The notes under the pieces were generated by a model. It saw only the letters and a program-made list of their open reading frames with translations. It did not search any database and was not told where the DNA came from. A stretch of DNA of 64,000 nt from Chlorokybus atmophyticus (taxonomy: Eukaryota; Plantae; Mesostigma and Chlorokybus algae): assembly GCA_009103225.1 (NCBI GenBank), contig RHPI01000260.1, positions 786,317-850,316 on the forward strand, in the 5' to 3' direction. The position numbers and the translations under genes were made by a program. Of the stretch, positions 50,060-61,699 are shown one piece after another (position 1 is the stretch's first letter; each line of letters starts with the position of its first letter).

Positions 50060-51620
50060 GATGGAGTCTTCCAGCTCAACCACGTCCCTGCGTTTCTCCG
50101 GACGTGCTGGCACTACCTCGCTGGACGAATTCATCATCAAGTTCCACTCCACGATGCGACAGTAGGCTCTGAAGAACAAAAACTTGTCAAATGAGATCTC
50201 TTTTCACATTGCTGCTCAATATCTGAACCATGAAGCACATGATGTCTGTTGCTGAACTGCATCGAGTTGATGGCTATGGCGAGCTCGCCAGTATCATAGC
50301 ATCTGCATCACTGAACCGTCCAGCGGCCGTCTTTTCACCTGCCACTCCTGCAACAGTCACCGGGTTGTCCATAGCGGCAGCCATTGACAAAGCAGAGGAG
50401 GAGGAACCTGAGTTGGTGATCGTCAACCTGACCCCTGCAGATATTGAGATCAAGACGGCCGCGCGACGGGCCCGGATCTTGAACCGTTTTGCTGCCATCT
50501 TTGATGGAAAACGAACTGCACCCGTTGAGGTGGGCACACCCCTACCTTTGGCAACACCTGGCTCTCGTACGGGAGGCAGTGCTTTAGCCTTGGGTCAGTT
50601 GCACTGCGCTCACCAGCCATCACTGTAGGTGCTGCCATCGTTGACTCTCCACTCAAGGATCTATACACTGCACTTCGTTGCACCTTCCCACCGCAGACTA
50701 CTAGCAAAGTGGAAGAGTTGAGGTGGTTCCAACGCAAGCCCAATGAGGACCCTCTACGCCTGTACTCCAGACTGGAAGGTCTGTTGAAGGACACTGACTA
50801 CAAGATCGTCAGTGACGAGGCGGCTGCAGTGGTTTATGTCAATGAGTTGGACGCCACCCTGAGCGAGTCGACGCGCCTGACCCTGAACTATAGCAGGCCC
50901 CTTAGCTACACGCTCAAGGAAGCTTTCGAAACTGCACAAGCCCTCCATAAACACTTGGTGTGTGAGAAGGCAGTGCTGGACACCAACCGCAGCGCCTCAC
51001 GGCCTGTAGCCAGCACATTTGTCGAGCCTCCTCGCCGCGAACGTGGCCGGGACGCTCCACCAGCACGCGACAAACGGAAACGGTCAGCGCATACTGCTTT
51101 GTCTGCCCCTGTGATGTGTCATCGTTGTGGACGGCATGGGCACTACCAAAAGGAGTGCACCAAAGAATACTCAACTCTGGTCTGCGACTACTGTCACAAG
51201 ACAGGCCACTTGGAGTCAGTCTGCTGCCTCAAGTTCCCTAAGTTGAGACCCATTAACAGCTACAATGGCAACAACTCTGGTGGCTACAACAGCAACAACA
51301 CTGGAGGCCACAACGGCAACAACTCTGGCGGCTACAACAGCAATCACACCGGAGGCCATAACAACACTAACAACTACGCTAATGCTCGCAAGGAATAGCA
51401 AGGCTACAAGGGGAAGAATCGCCCTCTTCAGCGCAAGGGACTGGAAGGACGTCCGCGCGCTGCTGCTGTTGCCGTCAAGGCTCCAGCCAACCCGCCAGCT
51501 GATGATCATATGGCTGCCCTTATGGCGCGTATGGCACGCTTGGAGGAAGACAAGGAGCAGGACTACCGTGCCTGGCTCTACCCGGTGGGCACTGATGGCT
51601 CCAAAGCGCACGAGAGAAAC
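50060..51620 (+). mobile_element. Retroelement gag remnant A with two CCHC zinc knuckles
   Basis: LRFSGRAGTTSLDEF (stops at about 50163), EELRWFQRKPNEDPLRLYSRL, CHRCGRHGHYQKEC and CDYCHKTGHLESVC (both CX2CX4HX4C), followed by an Asn/Gly repeat. Confidence 0.85.
51267..51362 (+). repeat. 48-bp tandem duplication encoding GNNSGGYNSN(N/H)TGGHN twice
   Basis: Two in-frame 16-aa units after the gag zinc knuckles. Confidence 0.9.
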
Positions 51621-53169
51621 CAGCACTCCATGGCGTATTCAACCATTCCGACGAGTTCAAGGGGAAACCGCAACATCGTCAGCAGCTACCTCCTCCGAAG
51701 CCACCAGTGGTGCTGCACCCGCAGCAACAATCACACCGGCTACGACGTCGACTCCATCAACATCAGCAGCAACTGCTCCAATTTCACCAGAAGTTGGTTT
51801 ACCAGTGAGCACCGTAACGCCAACACTGGTGAGCACGCAGGCAACAGCCACTGCTGTCACCGACCCTGCAGCAGTAGGTTGTATCGGTCCCGCTCCAACT
51901 GCAGGACCACCTGTGTCAGCAAGCCTTGATACCACTCTTGCGCCATTGAGCGGCACTCTCGCCACCACCGGCAGTGCCACCGTCGAGCCTGCTGCCACTG
52001 CAGCAACACGCGCAGCTACATTGCCCGCCCTCGACGTCACTCAAGCTGTCCCGCGAGGTCAGCAAGCTGAGCGTGCTTGGGAGACCATTATGCATGGCGC
52101 AGATCCCACTCCCATTGCTTTTGGGCGCGGAGGGGAGCGCACAACACGTGTTGAACGCAGTGACCGAGTCTTCCCACTGCCTGAATATCACACGCTGCTA
52201 AAACAGACTCAGCGGCAACTGGAGGATGAAATCCTCACCGGCACGGCGCCTCCCATGCGACACCGTATCTTTATAGTCAGAACACCTGTTGTACTGGAGT
52301 TGGCACTACAGCTGTTTTGGACTCTGCATAACGACATGCAGACGGCGCCACGCCAACCCGCACCAGTCCGTTCTAAACCCTGTAAGCCCAGCCCACTGGA
52401 CACGTATTGGAACCGGCAACCCAGCGCACAGCAGCACATCGCTGATACAGCCAACATGCCTCTGGGTGACAACGAAGCACTGAGGCCCCTCAATATCGTT
52501 CGACTTCATGAGCGCTACACCGCGCTGGAACAGGCGTTCACCTGGCGACAGGACCAAGTGGCAGCAATCGACGCAAGAGCGCACGCCCTTGCCAATGCTC
52601 GCGCTGGCGTTCTTCAACTCACAATCGCTGGCCCATCATCCAGTACGACACCTCTCGCCGGTGGGCCCGACATTGACCAGACGAGGGCGCTGGCCCAACA
52701 AACCATGGGGGTGATCACCCCGCTGCTACCCGCCTTGTTGGAAGACTTGCTTGACAATTAACGGGATCCAGCGAAAGGCTACCTCACACCGCAGGGGTAG
52801 ACACAACGAGATGGAGCAGGTTCAATTGGGGAACAGCAACTTCGCACTGCCGTGTTGCGACAAGCAACCATGCTGCACCGACAAGAAGGCATCGGCCTGA
52901 CATGGATGTTGGGGATGCGAAAAGGTGGTAATGCAGCTCGAGCAAGACTGGTGACTTGGCTAGTCACCAATCACCCCGCAGTCCATCTGTTCGCCTTTGG
53001 CACCAGATTGTTCTGGCTGGACGCCTTCCTGCGCTCGCTATGGCAAGCCTATGACGAGGTTGCCTCAGCAGCCAATGACACCTTAAGAGGAGCACAAGAG
53101 GCCATACTGAGGTTGCCAGGGGTGGAAGCAGCACGGCAACGCAGACGCATCGCAGCTGCTTATGAGTAG
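51620..53169 (+). mobile_element. Ala/Thr-rich and unknown-domain coding region downstream of gag A
   Basis: Long open frame to 52761, and a block at 52990-53151 that is homologous to 56492-56653. Confidence 0.5.
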
Positions 53170-53255
53170 CATGTTCAACAGCCAGAGATTTACCTCACTT
53201 TGGGCGCGAGCAACAACAGTGCTGGTGGTGAGAGTCTGCATGCAAGCGTGATAAG

Positions 53256-55600
53256 ATGTTGCTGCGTACGTCCACCGGCAAAAACCTAAATGGCGAGTAC
53301 GTCACCAAGCGTTTTTTGGAAGGCACTACACAAACGGCACTGTACCTCAAGTTCCGAGGTGAAAATCCAGATATCGACGTGCATCAACGAGTTTTCGAGA
53401 AGGACAAGCCGTACTATGTGGGAGGTCGTGACGTGCGGCACGTATGCGTGTGTTCGCACACTGAGATGAAGGAGCTTGTCATGGCGTTGTCTCAATTTCG
53501 GCAAAAAGCACGCCAAATGCAGATGCTAATGCAATGTGTCAGGTAAGACTATGTACGATGCATGTGTGGGTTGTCATGATGCGTCAAGGTATGCGCTTTC
53601 GGATGTAACAACATGTAGGTCAAAAAAGACTGCACCGCTAAAGATGTCATATCTATACAAAGTGCCGGTTACTGAACTCACCACTGTCAGGCTCGTCAGT
53701 TACTGGCTTGCTCGACTGTACTTCTTGCGAGAAAGAAACGGACAGCGTTTACTACAATCACCTCTGCATCACTGGAGACTGCCCTTACTACGACTGAATC
53801 TGATTCCCAACATGCCCGTTAGAGCGAGCAGATAAGCATGAACTGCTGCAAACCAAGCTTTACGTAAAGCGCATGCAGCCAGGCAAAGCAGAGAATGGTG
53901 AAGTTACTGAGTACGCAAGAGTAGATTTTCTCAAGCAGCCGATGACCTTCATGGAGTTTATCAGCCGCCTGCAGAAGCAGCTGAACGACTTCAAGCTCCA
54001 CTCTTTCTTGTCGCAGTGGCAAGCAGAGGAGCAGAGACAATGCTTGCAAATCTTGTGTCAAGGCACCATCATTAGTTTTAGTGACTTCTCTGAGAACTAC
54101 GCTTTCAAGCCAAATAACGAGCTCATGCAGCAGCATTTTGCAAACCGCTCAGTGGCGATCTTGGTGCAACTCATCTATTGCCACGCTCAAGATCATGTCG
54201 ATGGTGAGACATCAACAGACGACTAGCCGGTGCGCGTCAAAGAGGTGAGCTCGCAAACCCGCGTGTTGGTCAAACTTTGCCAACAGATGAGGAGGGGTGT
54301 CAGCATCTAATCACTATGCAGGTTCACTTTTGAATATCCGATGATCTTCAAAAGGACTCCTGCTTTTTACATCATTGCATGAAGCGGTTGCTCAGGAACT
54401 ACAGAGAGAGGCGTAGACGTGCGGAAGGTCATCAGCTGGAGTGACAACTGTGCAGTGCAGTACAAATGTGCCAACCATTTCGCGCAAGTTGCTCAGTACA
54501 GCGCCCCGGCTGGGTACTTGGCGTCCATGGACACGGAAGCAGACGAGTTCACACGATACATATGGAATGGCATTATCCTTGTCCGCAACATGGCAAGGGT
54601 GAACATGATGGTCAAGAAGGAACACTGAAACGGCACCTGGATAGGGCTAGCGACAACGGTGCTGAGATTTTTGATGCCGAAACAATAGTTCAGTATGCGC
54701 AAAAGATGCTTAGCCGAGGAGCGGAGTCATCATACACAGCCCGTGAAGAGCAAGTGAAAGCTCAAAAGCGATTCGTGCATCTTGTCGAACTTGAAGAGGT
54801 GTAACACAAGAAAACCGAGCGCTCATATCGCTTAGTGCCAGGCACTCAGCAATTTTAATGCATAAAGGAAACTGAAGAAGTAAACCGCTTTATTTCCCGA
54901 AGGTTCTCGTGCTTCTGCAGCAGCTGCCTAGAGGAAGACTACAACCACCGTCTTAACAAGTCTCACGTTCCCAAATGGCAGCGACAAAAGTTGATCGCAA
55001 GTGAGGAAGACGGAGAAGAGATTGAGCAAGATGTGAGTGCTACACTTCTGTACGTCGGATTGTCATTGTTATGAGAAGATGATAAGCAAGATGCGAGTGC
55101 TACACTTCTATACGTCGGCTTGTAAGTGTCATAACATGTGCCATGTGCAGTTGCTGTTCACAAACCAAGAGGCGTTGGCGCTTTCCTTAAGCGTCGGAGA
55201 CACATTTGTGGTAGCTGCTGATAAAAGCTCAGATGAGTATGCGGCCATCTGCACCATATTGGGTTTTACAATGCACCAAACAAGTGGCCACAAGCACAGC
55301 CAAGGCGATGAGGCCGGACGCTTATGGTGTCATCATACCTCCAGACACACTTTATGTCACAGGCATCTATTTCCGCAGAGTTGATGACTCTATTGTGACA
55401 GTGGCAGAATATCCCAGGAGGTACTTATGTTTCCTACTAATATCGGTGAACCTATTGAGGTGTGTAGCACGATTTTCGATGGAGCGAGAGAGTCGAGAGC
55501 AGAAGCAAGAGAGATGCAACTCATTAAGAATGACATGGAAAAATCCAAGGAGTTTGTCTTTGCAATTCCCGACAAGTACCATGGGATGTGTTGAGAAGCA
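53256..55600 (+). mobile_element. Degenerate DDE transposase, Sola2-like
   Basis: SFSDFSENY (54083), SDDLQKD, ISWSDNCAVQYK (54443), EWHYPCPQHGKGEHDGQEGTLKR (54588), Cys-rich segments. Several stops and frameshifts. The family assignment rests on recalled motifs. Confidence 0.7.
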
Positions 55601-56100
55601 AGCATGCAAGTGAAGAGGGCAAGCACTGACACACAGGAGAAGGCAACACACTTCCCGATTTATCCGATAGACCGCGGGGTTATATACCCGCCAGTCAGTA
55701 CGCAGTTTGTACACACTGCTGGTCTACATGCAACAGCGTCCGATATACTGAACCATATCCTACGCTGTAAGATGTGCCACGTAGCTAACTTGATAAGCTT
55801 CGTAACAAGCTATGCCACGTCCTATAAGACTGAGTATCCTAAGAGATATGACGATTCTCCTAGGACCCTTCTCTGCAGTCCGCGCCAGGACCTTCATGTC
55901 CGGAGTCTTCGAGGTCCTCCCATCGAGGTCCCTTCTCTTCTCTCTTGTATGCAGGGCAGGCTGACCGGATGTAGGAATATCTTCAACAAGATGATCTTAG
56001 ATGTGCTTTAGTAGCCGATGTGAACACTCATAATAATGGCTGTCGCACAATCGAGCAGTTGACTTGGATGCTTTGCAAATCGTCGATATGACCTCCACAC

Positions 56101-56395
56101 TGTTGGCAAACATCGACCAACTATGGCAGCAACAGCATGTTGTCGTGTCGGTGTGTGACAGATGTTTTGAAACATGAAACATTGCTGTTGGCAAAGTTTT
56201 GATCAGTACAACATTCAGACAACCCTCATCAAACATGTGCAACTGCACCCTTTATGTGCACCTGTTGGCTAAGTCTTTGCAACTTCACGTTTTATAAAAT
56301 CGGTGTAAAACACAAGAAATTGCGCCCTGAATGTGCATTTGTTGGCAAAGCTTTTGCAACATGTTTGCGCAACTGTTGGCCAAAAATTTCCAACA
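56101..56395. repeat. Five copies of TGTTGGC(A/T/C)AA, partly palindromic; possible transposon subterminal repeats
   Basis: Copies at about 56101, 56188, 56264, 56340 and 56374. Two extend to AAG(T/C)(C/T)TTTGCAAC. Confidence 0.65.
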
Positions 56396-56479
56396 AGGTG
56401 GTAGCTGTTGTTTGCAAACACAAGAATCACATGTCGTTTGCAAACAATAGTTTCGTTCACGAGCTGTCCCCCCGGATCG

Positions 56480-57515
56480 TGCGACACGCCGTTTGCCTTT
56501 GGCAATGCAGCATCATGGTTGGGGGCATTCATCCGCTCGCTGAGACAAGCATACGATGAAGCTGCCACCACTGCTCTAGTCACTTTAGTGGGAGTCCAAG
56601 AGGCAATGTTACGGCTGCCAAGAGTAGAAGCAGCACGACAACGTCGGCGCATCTCTATTGCTCATGCAGCTACACGCCTAGCAGGCTGACCTCCAACGCA
56701 CCATACGGGCACACGCCATGACGATGCTCGATGTGGGGGTGGTACAAGGAAGGTGGGATGCCTGCATGGCATGGACCTTGCGAGTCCCCACCATCACCCA
56801 TAACATGCGGCGACCGCTACTACGCAGTGAACCTGCAGCCCATGCCACAACCTCGCCACTGGACCAATGTGGACACGGAGCCCACGGCCATGTGGGAAGG
56901 GACATTGGTCAGAGAGGCAGCTCGTGCTATCCGATGGACCTACGCCGCCGAGCAAGCTGAACGCGAGGCAGGCTCACAAACACCAGGTCTACCGGGCTTC
57001 CCTCCACAGCCGTTGGGGACACCTGCGGGCATGATCCCATCCTCCAAAAGACGGCATCCACCATCACCTCCACCACAACCAGCACCCAAAACCCTAGCTC
57101 AAAGGCCTTCCCGCGTTTATCAACAACCATGACAAGGCCGGTTTGGCAAAGGGAGAGGACGAAGAGGAGGTCCTTAAGACCCAGCAGGCATTGGAGCTCT
57201 AACTGCGACGCGCTCAGCACCCTCAGCTGAGAGACATGAGGCACCGATTCCAGAAACCCGCACAAAAAGGCTGCGCATCAACGCCAACGCTGCCATGGTC
57301 TCCAACAAGGGCAAGCGTGTAACGATCAATGCATTGGCACCCAAGCGGGTGATGCTACACACCGGAGCACAGCCCATCATTATTGGGTGCTTCCTCGCTT
57401 GATCCCTTGGCATCATCAGCTCGGATCTGATGCCCTGCCCATACGTGTTAAACACTGCCACAGGGAGCCGCGGCAAGGTGATGGGGGCTACAGTGGAATT
57501 CGCATGCATTCCAAG
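56480..57515 (+). mobile_element. Retroelement polyprotein remnant ending in a dead aspartic protease
   Basis: One frame from 56731 (stops at about 57130, 57175 and 57400) reaches PKRVMLHTGAQPIIIG...LGIISSDLMPCPYVLNTATG, an LDTGA-type motif with D changed to H. No RT follows. Confidence 0.7.
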
Positions 57516-57519
57516 CCCA

Positions 57520-58900
57520 CCTATGGTAGTTGGCGCTGGACCTGAACTGCGGCTAGCTGAAGTGGCTGTTCCCCTTCCTCCTAAGTCTCTTCCTTTGAGC
57601 CTTCCTCATTTTCCATGGCTGCCACCCACCGTGGTGCTTCCTCTTCTGCTTCTTCCTTAGTCTTTGCTTTGCGAAGAGCGACGTACCCCAAATATCGAGG
57701 TTCATTGATCTGCAACTGAGCCACCATGGAGCGTGACTCCTTCAACTCTCAAGCCAGGTTGTTTTGTGCAGAGTGCTGAGCGACGGGGGCGTGTTTGGTT
57801 GGTTCCCCTCGTCCTCGCCCTCTGACAGCTACTCCATGTCCTCGTTGTCCACCTGATGCTGGCTGGTCCCCCTTCCGGAAAATCGTGGTCGCAGCTATGG
57901 TCTCTTGGCATAGCACACTGCTTTAATGTATCCTTGCTTGTCGCAAAAGGTACAACGAAAAGTGTCCCATGCGCAATTGCATTCTTCAGCAAAGTGGCCT
58001 TAGCCTCCACACTTGTGACATGCTGCTACGGTGACGGCCACATGCGCAACACGTATTTGTTGGTGGTGTTGCTCAGGGTGCTATGAGCGGCCTCCCTCAT
58101 GACGCTCTCCATGCGAGGTTGGCGCGAAATCCTTAGAGCCTCCCCAATTCAACTCAAAGATGGTTCTCTTGTATTCCAACTTTTGGTGAACTGCTGCCTC
58201 AAGTGCTGCTCTTAACGAGTAATGCACCCCCAAATTGCCTGCATGTAGCATGATCTTCACCTCCTGCTCGAGAGCGTGGCTAAAATGCCACGTAGATGGT
58301 ATCTTCTTCTTCTTTTTGCAAAATGCGATAGTCCGTGTCTTGCAGAAAGTGTAGCATGCAGCTATACATCATTTGTGGGCTTTCATAAGGCGTTCGCCTG
58401 AAGTTGGTCAAATCCATAATCTTGTCAGGGGTTAACGGCGGAAACCCCTTTTGCAACCTCTCCCACAGCTCCACCATGAGGCTGGTAGGGTGTATGGCTG
58501 TTGTTATCAGAGGTATTGGTGGTGCAGCACGGTTGTTTCCTCCCGCTAGTAGATGCACAGCCGCCCCCCCCAAGAGTGGTTGCAATGCTGTCGGAGCCAG
58601 TGGCTGGTGTTGTTGCTACCGAAATTGCTGATGTAGTTGCTGCCAGTACTGCTGCAGCCCGTGCGACTCCCTCCCTTTCGATGCGATTTTAATTTACGCT
58701 TTCCCAAGTGTCAAAGGCTTCATGCTTGAGGTACTTGGTGATGAATCGAAATGCCTGCTCTTCCTTCCATCCTGGGATGCGTGCCTCCCACTGTAAAGTT
58801 TCCGCAGCAGGATTCACTTTGCACTCCTCCAGGGACAAGGTGCGATGCCTTCCGCGGAAGCTGAGCTCGTGGGATTAAGGAATGCCCTCGACTTGTCTTC
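57520..58900 (-). mobile_element. Retroelement gag remnant B, inverted paralog of gag A
   Basis: LSFRGRHRTLSLEE, KYLKHEAFDTW, DLTNFRRTPYESPQMMYS...LQDTDYRI, knuckles CHKCGG*GHFAEEC and CTFCDKQGYIKAVC. Many stops. Confidence 0.8.
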
Positions 58901-60925
58901 CAGTTGCCAGAGTCTTGGAACTGGTGTTGAGTCCGTCAGCTTTTTGCTAGCTACTCCTGCAGCTCTGATACTATGGTGGTGTACGAGTCCCTCCTTCTGG
59001 TAGCGGAGGATGAGCTCCCCTCCCTGTAGCAAGTATCTAACCTCAGTAGTGGCATTCACCCTGCGGTTTTTACTAACAGACATGCATTTTCTCTCCAGGA
59101 GTGAGACAGCAAGTTAATAGGCTGAATGCAATCTGAACAGCCTATCTGAGATGTATCAATTAAACTGCCAGCATATGGATTTGCACAAAAGAGACCGTGG
59201 CATGCGCAAATTGAATGATGATGAACAATAACTGATAAAGCTAGGGGACCAATTGCACAACGCAAGCAGTCAAGCATAAGTACGTATAATATTGATGTGC
59301 ATGTACGTGGATGCACTCAAGCAAAGCTAGCATGCATACGCAAGCACGGAGAGGATTAGACTCACGGCATGGCACAATAGCTGGGTTACTCCGGTTTCAC
59401 TTGAACACTTGCTTTCTCACCAAGAAATTATCAATTGCACATGGTATTTATATGAGCTAACAACTGGCAGTTACATTAGCAACCGTGAGGCTAACGATTT
59501 GTAACGCCACGGTTGTGCTTCTTCGAAGCCTCCCGCTCTTCCTTGCGCATGTTCAGCTGCGTGCCGAGTTTCCTGCCATAATGTCCGCGGGCTTCCGCTA
59601 TGGTCAGTCCGCCATGTCGGCGGCGCTTGACCTTTCTCCACCTGCTACGTTGTGCTAACTGATGCTGTCCTCGGGATTGACTATTGTGGTCGATATATGC
59701 TTCTAGCTAAGGAGTGTGCACTGGTTGTAAGGATCTACCGAGGTCATTTGGTCGAGGGTCCCTCGCATGACATGTCCTTAGCTTCGGTTCAATGCGATGC
59801 GAGCAATGTATAGGTACTCTTCCAATAACTTCTATACAACCATTGTGCAACATAGGCTATATTGCACTTGTCCATCATGTTGTAACTTTGTTGTTTCAAA
59901 GGTGCCATTGTTCGACTTGATTTTGAGCATGCGGCGGTACTCCCAATAAACTCAGCCGCGTACGAGCGCAGTCAGGTAATCTCCAACATAAGGTTCAAGT
60001 CAACATATGTATTGTTAATGAATCAAATGCAATCAGAATTTGAGGTGTAGCATGCCCAAGTGCGGAAGTTATTGCATTTGACTCTGTTGCTCATCATGTC
60101 ATGTCACGTGAATTAAGATAAGGTTACAACACTCTCAATGGCATTGGCGACGTGGAGAGCCTGTGGTTGTGGAGCGTGTGATGGGCACTGGCGGCTGGAT
60201 TGTTCGCAGTTTACGTCATGATATATCCGGCATGTTTCTTCCACTGTAGTTGTGACTAATTGTGATGGTTGATGTTAGGTATGTGGTTATTGTTTGGTAT
60301 GTGGTTGTTGTTTTGCAAATTGAATGGATACGGTGTTACCTATTCATGTCATGTGAAAGTATAACATGTAAATTATTGTATAGGTTGTGTTGTCTACGAC
60401 TGAGTTTGGAGGTTTTGCACATGGACGCTTTGATAATGATGACAACATTCGCAAGTTCTTAAAAGTAAAAGATTGTCCATAAAAGGTACCATGAAAAGCA
60501 ACATGTGAAGCTCTCTTGACTTGTGGTTGGACCTTGTTTTCTAGGTGCTTTTCATAGACGTTACTATTCAAGTATACACACATCCTCATTAAACTTAGCA
60601 AAATAAGTGTCGCAGGTACGACTTTTTATTTGTGTGTTATGTTACATGTACGGGCGTTGTAGGACACGGATAAGGTCAGCAATGGGGGTTGCAACAGGGA
60701 TGGGGATATGGCGTCGAAATTGTTACAGTGACATGAGATTGTAGTGATGTGTTATAGACTATAACATTAACCATAACTCAAAGTTAATGCCAATGACCTT
60801 TTGTCAAATGCAACTTGTTATATTGTACTTGTCATTAACATTACCGGTAATCGTGGTAATAGTGTAAGTTTCACATGACATTACTATGTAACGATATAAT
60901 ATGCAATGGTCGCAAAGTGACAATA

Positions 60926-60955
60926 GCTATTGTTGTTAATATTGACAACAATAGC
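60926..60955. repeat. 30-bp near-perfect palindrome in AT-rich DNA
   Basis: GCTATTGTTGTTAATATTGACAACAATAGC: 14 of 15 pairs match, with one T-G. Confidence 0.9.
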
Positions 60956-61699
60956 AATCAAGAATACTATTGATTGATTACCATGAACGATCTAACTATA
61001 CGGTCCAAGTATATGGGTCAAGTGTTTATGTATATTGGTTATCATTTGTAATTGTATTGTACAATAAGGTTTGATTTGCATGCGCATAAGGGCACGTAGT
61101 TGTTTCAACCGCCGAAGGTACAACTTTATTCCCATGCTACCATTGTCTTAACGCTTCCGCCACTAAAATGAGGGTGCTGACGCCAACCTACTCACAACGT
61201 TTTGCACTCTGCTGGGTTGCATTGCTCTACAATGTAACCAGTTGACCCGCGCAACTTATGTTTATGCACGCATGCACGCACATATATACGCACATATGTA
61301 CGCGAATAAATGTGGCTTCCAATGAGCGATAACGATAACGCTACTAGTAGCGTCATTATATGGGCACTACATTGTACAACTCAACTCACATTGCGGATAT
61401 CACCCCTTGTGTAAATGAGGTAGGTATTTGTGTATGTTCTGACTGAGACGATATCCGGCTGCATTCAAGTCTACAGTTCAATGTACATGTTTAGTGCCGT
61501 GTTGGCAACAATACGCTCATGTGCTTGTTTGCAGCATAATGCAGCAGCATACCATTGCCATGCTTACGAAGGAGTCAAGTTGATTGTGTCACACATTAAC
61601 TGCAGGCATTCTGCTACACACAGGCTCATGACCTACGAATGGATCAAAGAAGCCTAAGGCTATAGCCACTTCCAACGACCGCTTCAGGCCAGGTGAGCG

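Noticed and set aside
51396-51404. Programmed readthrough at the gag TAG CAA
   Set aside because: The context is TAG-CAA-GGC, not CAR-YYA, and the element has other random stops, so a nonsense mutation is more likely.
51265-52761. 498-aa ORF as an independent gene
   Set aside because: Its first 120 or so residues are an alternative frame of gag A. The natural-looking sequence switches frame near 51620, consistent with a frameshifted polyprotein.
59500-59990. Coding-like degenerate stretch (AEFPAIMSAGFRYG...GIDYCGRYMLL)
   Set aside because: It is broken by a frameshift and stops, and I do not recognise the family.
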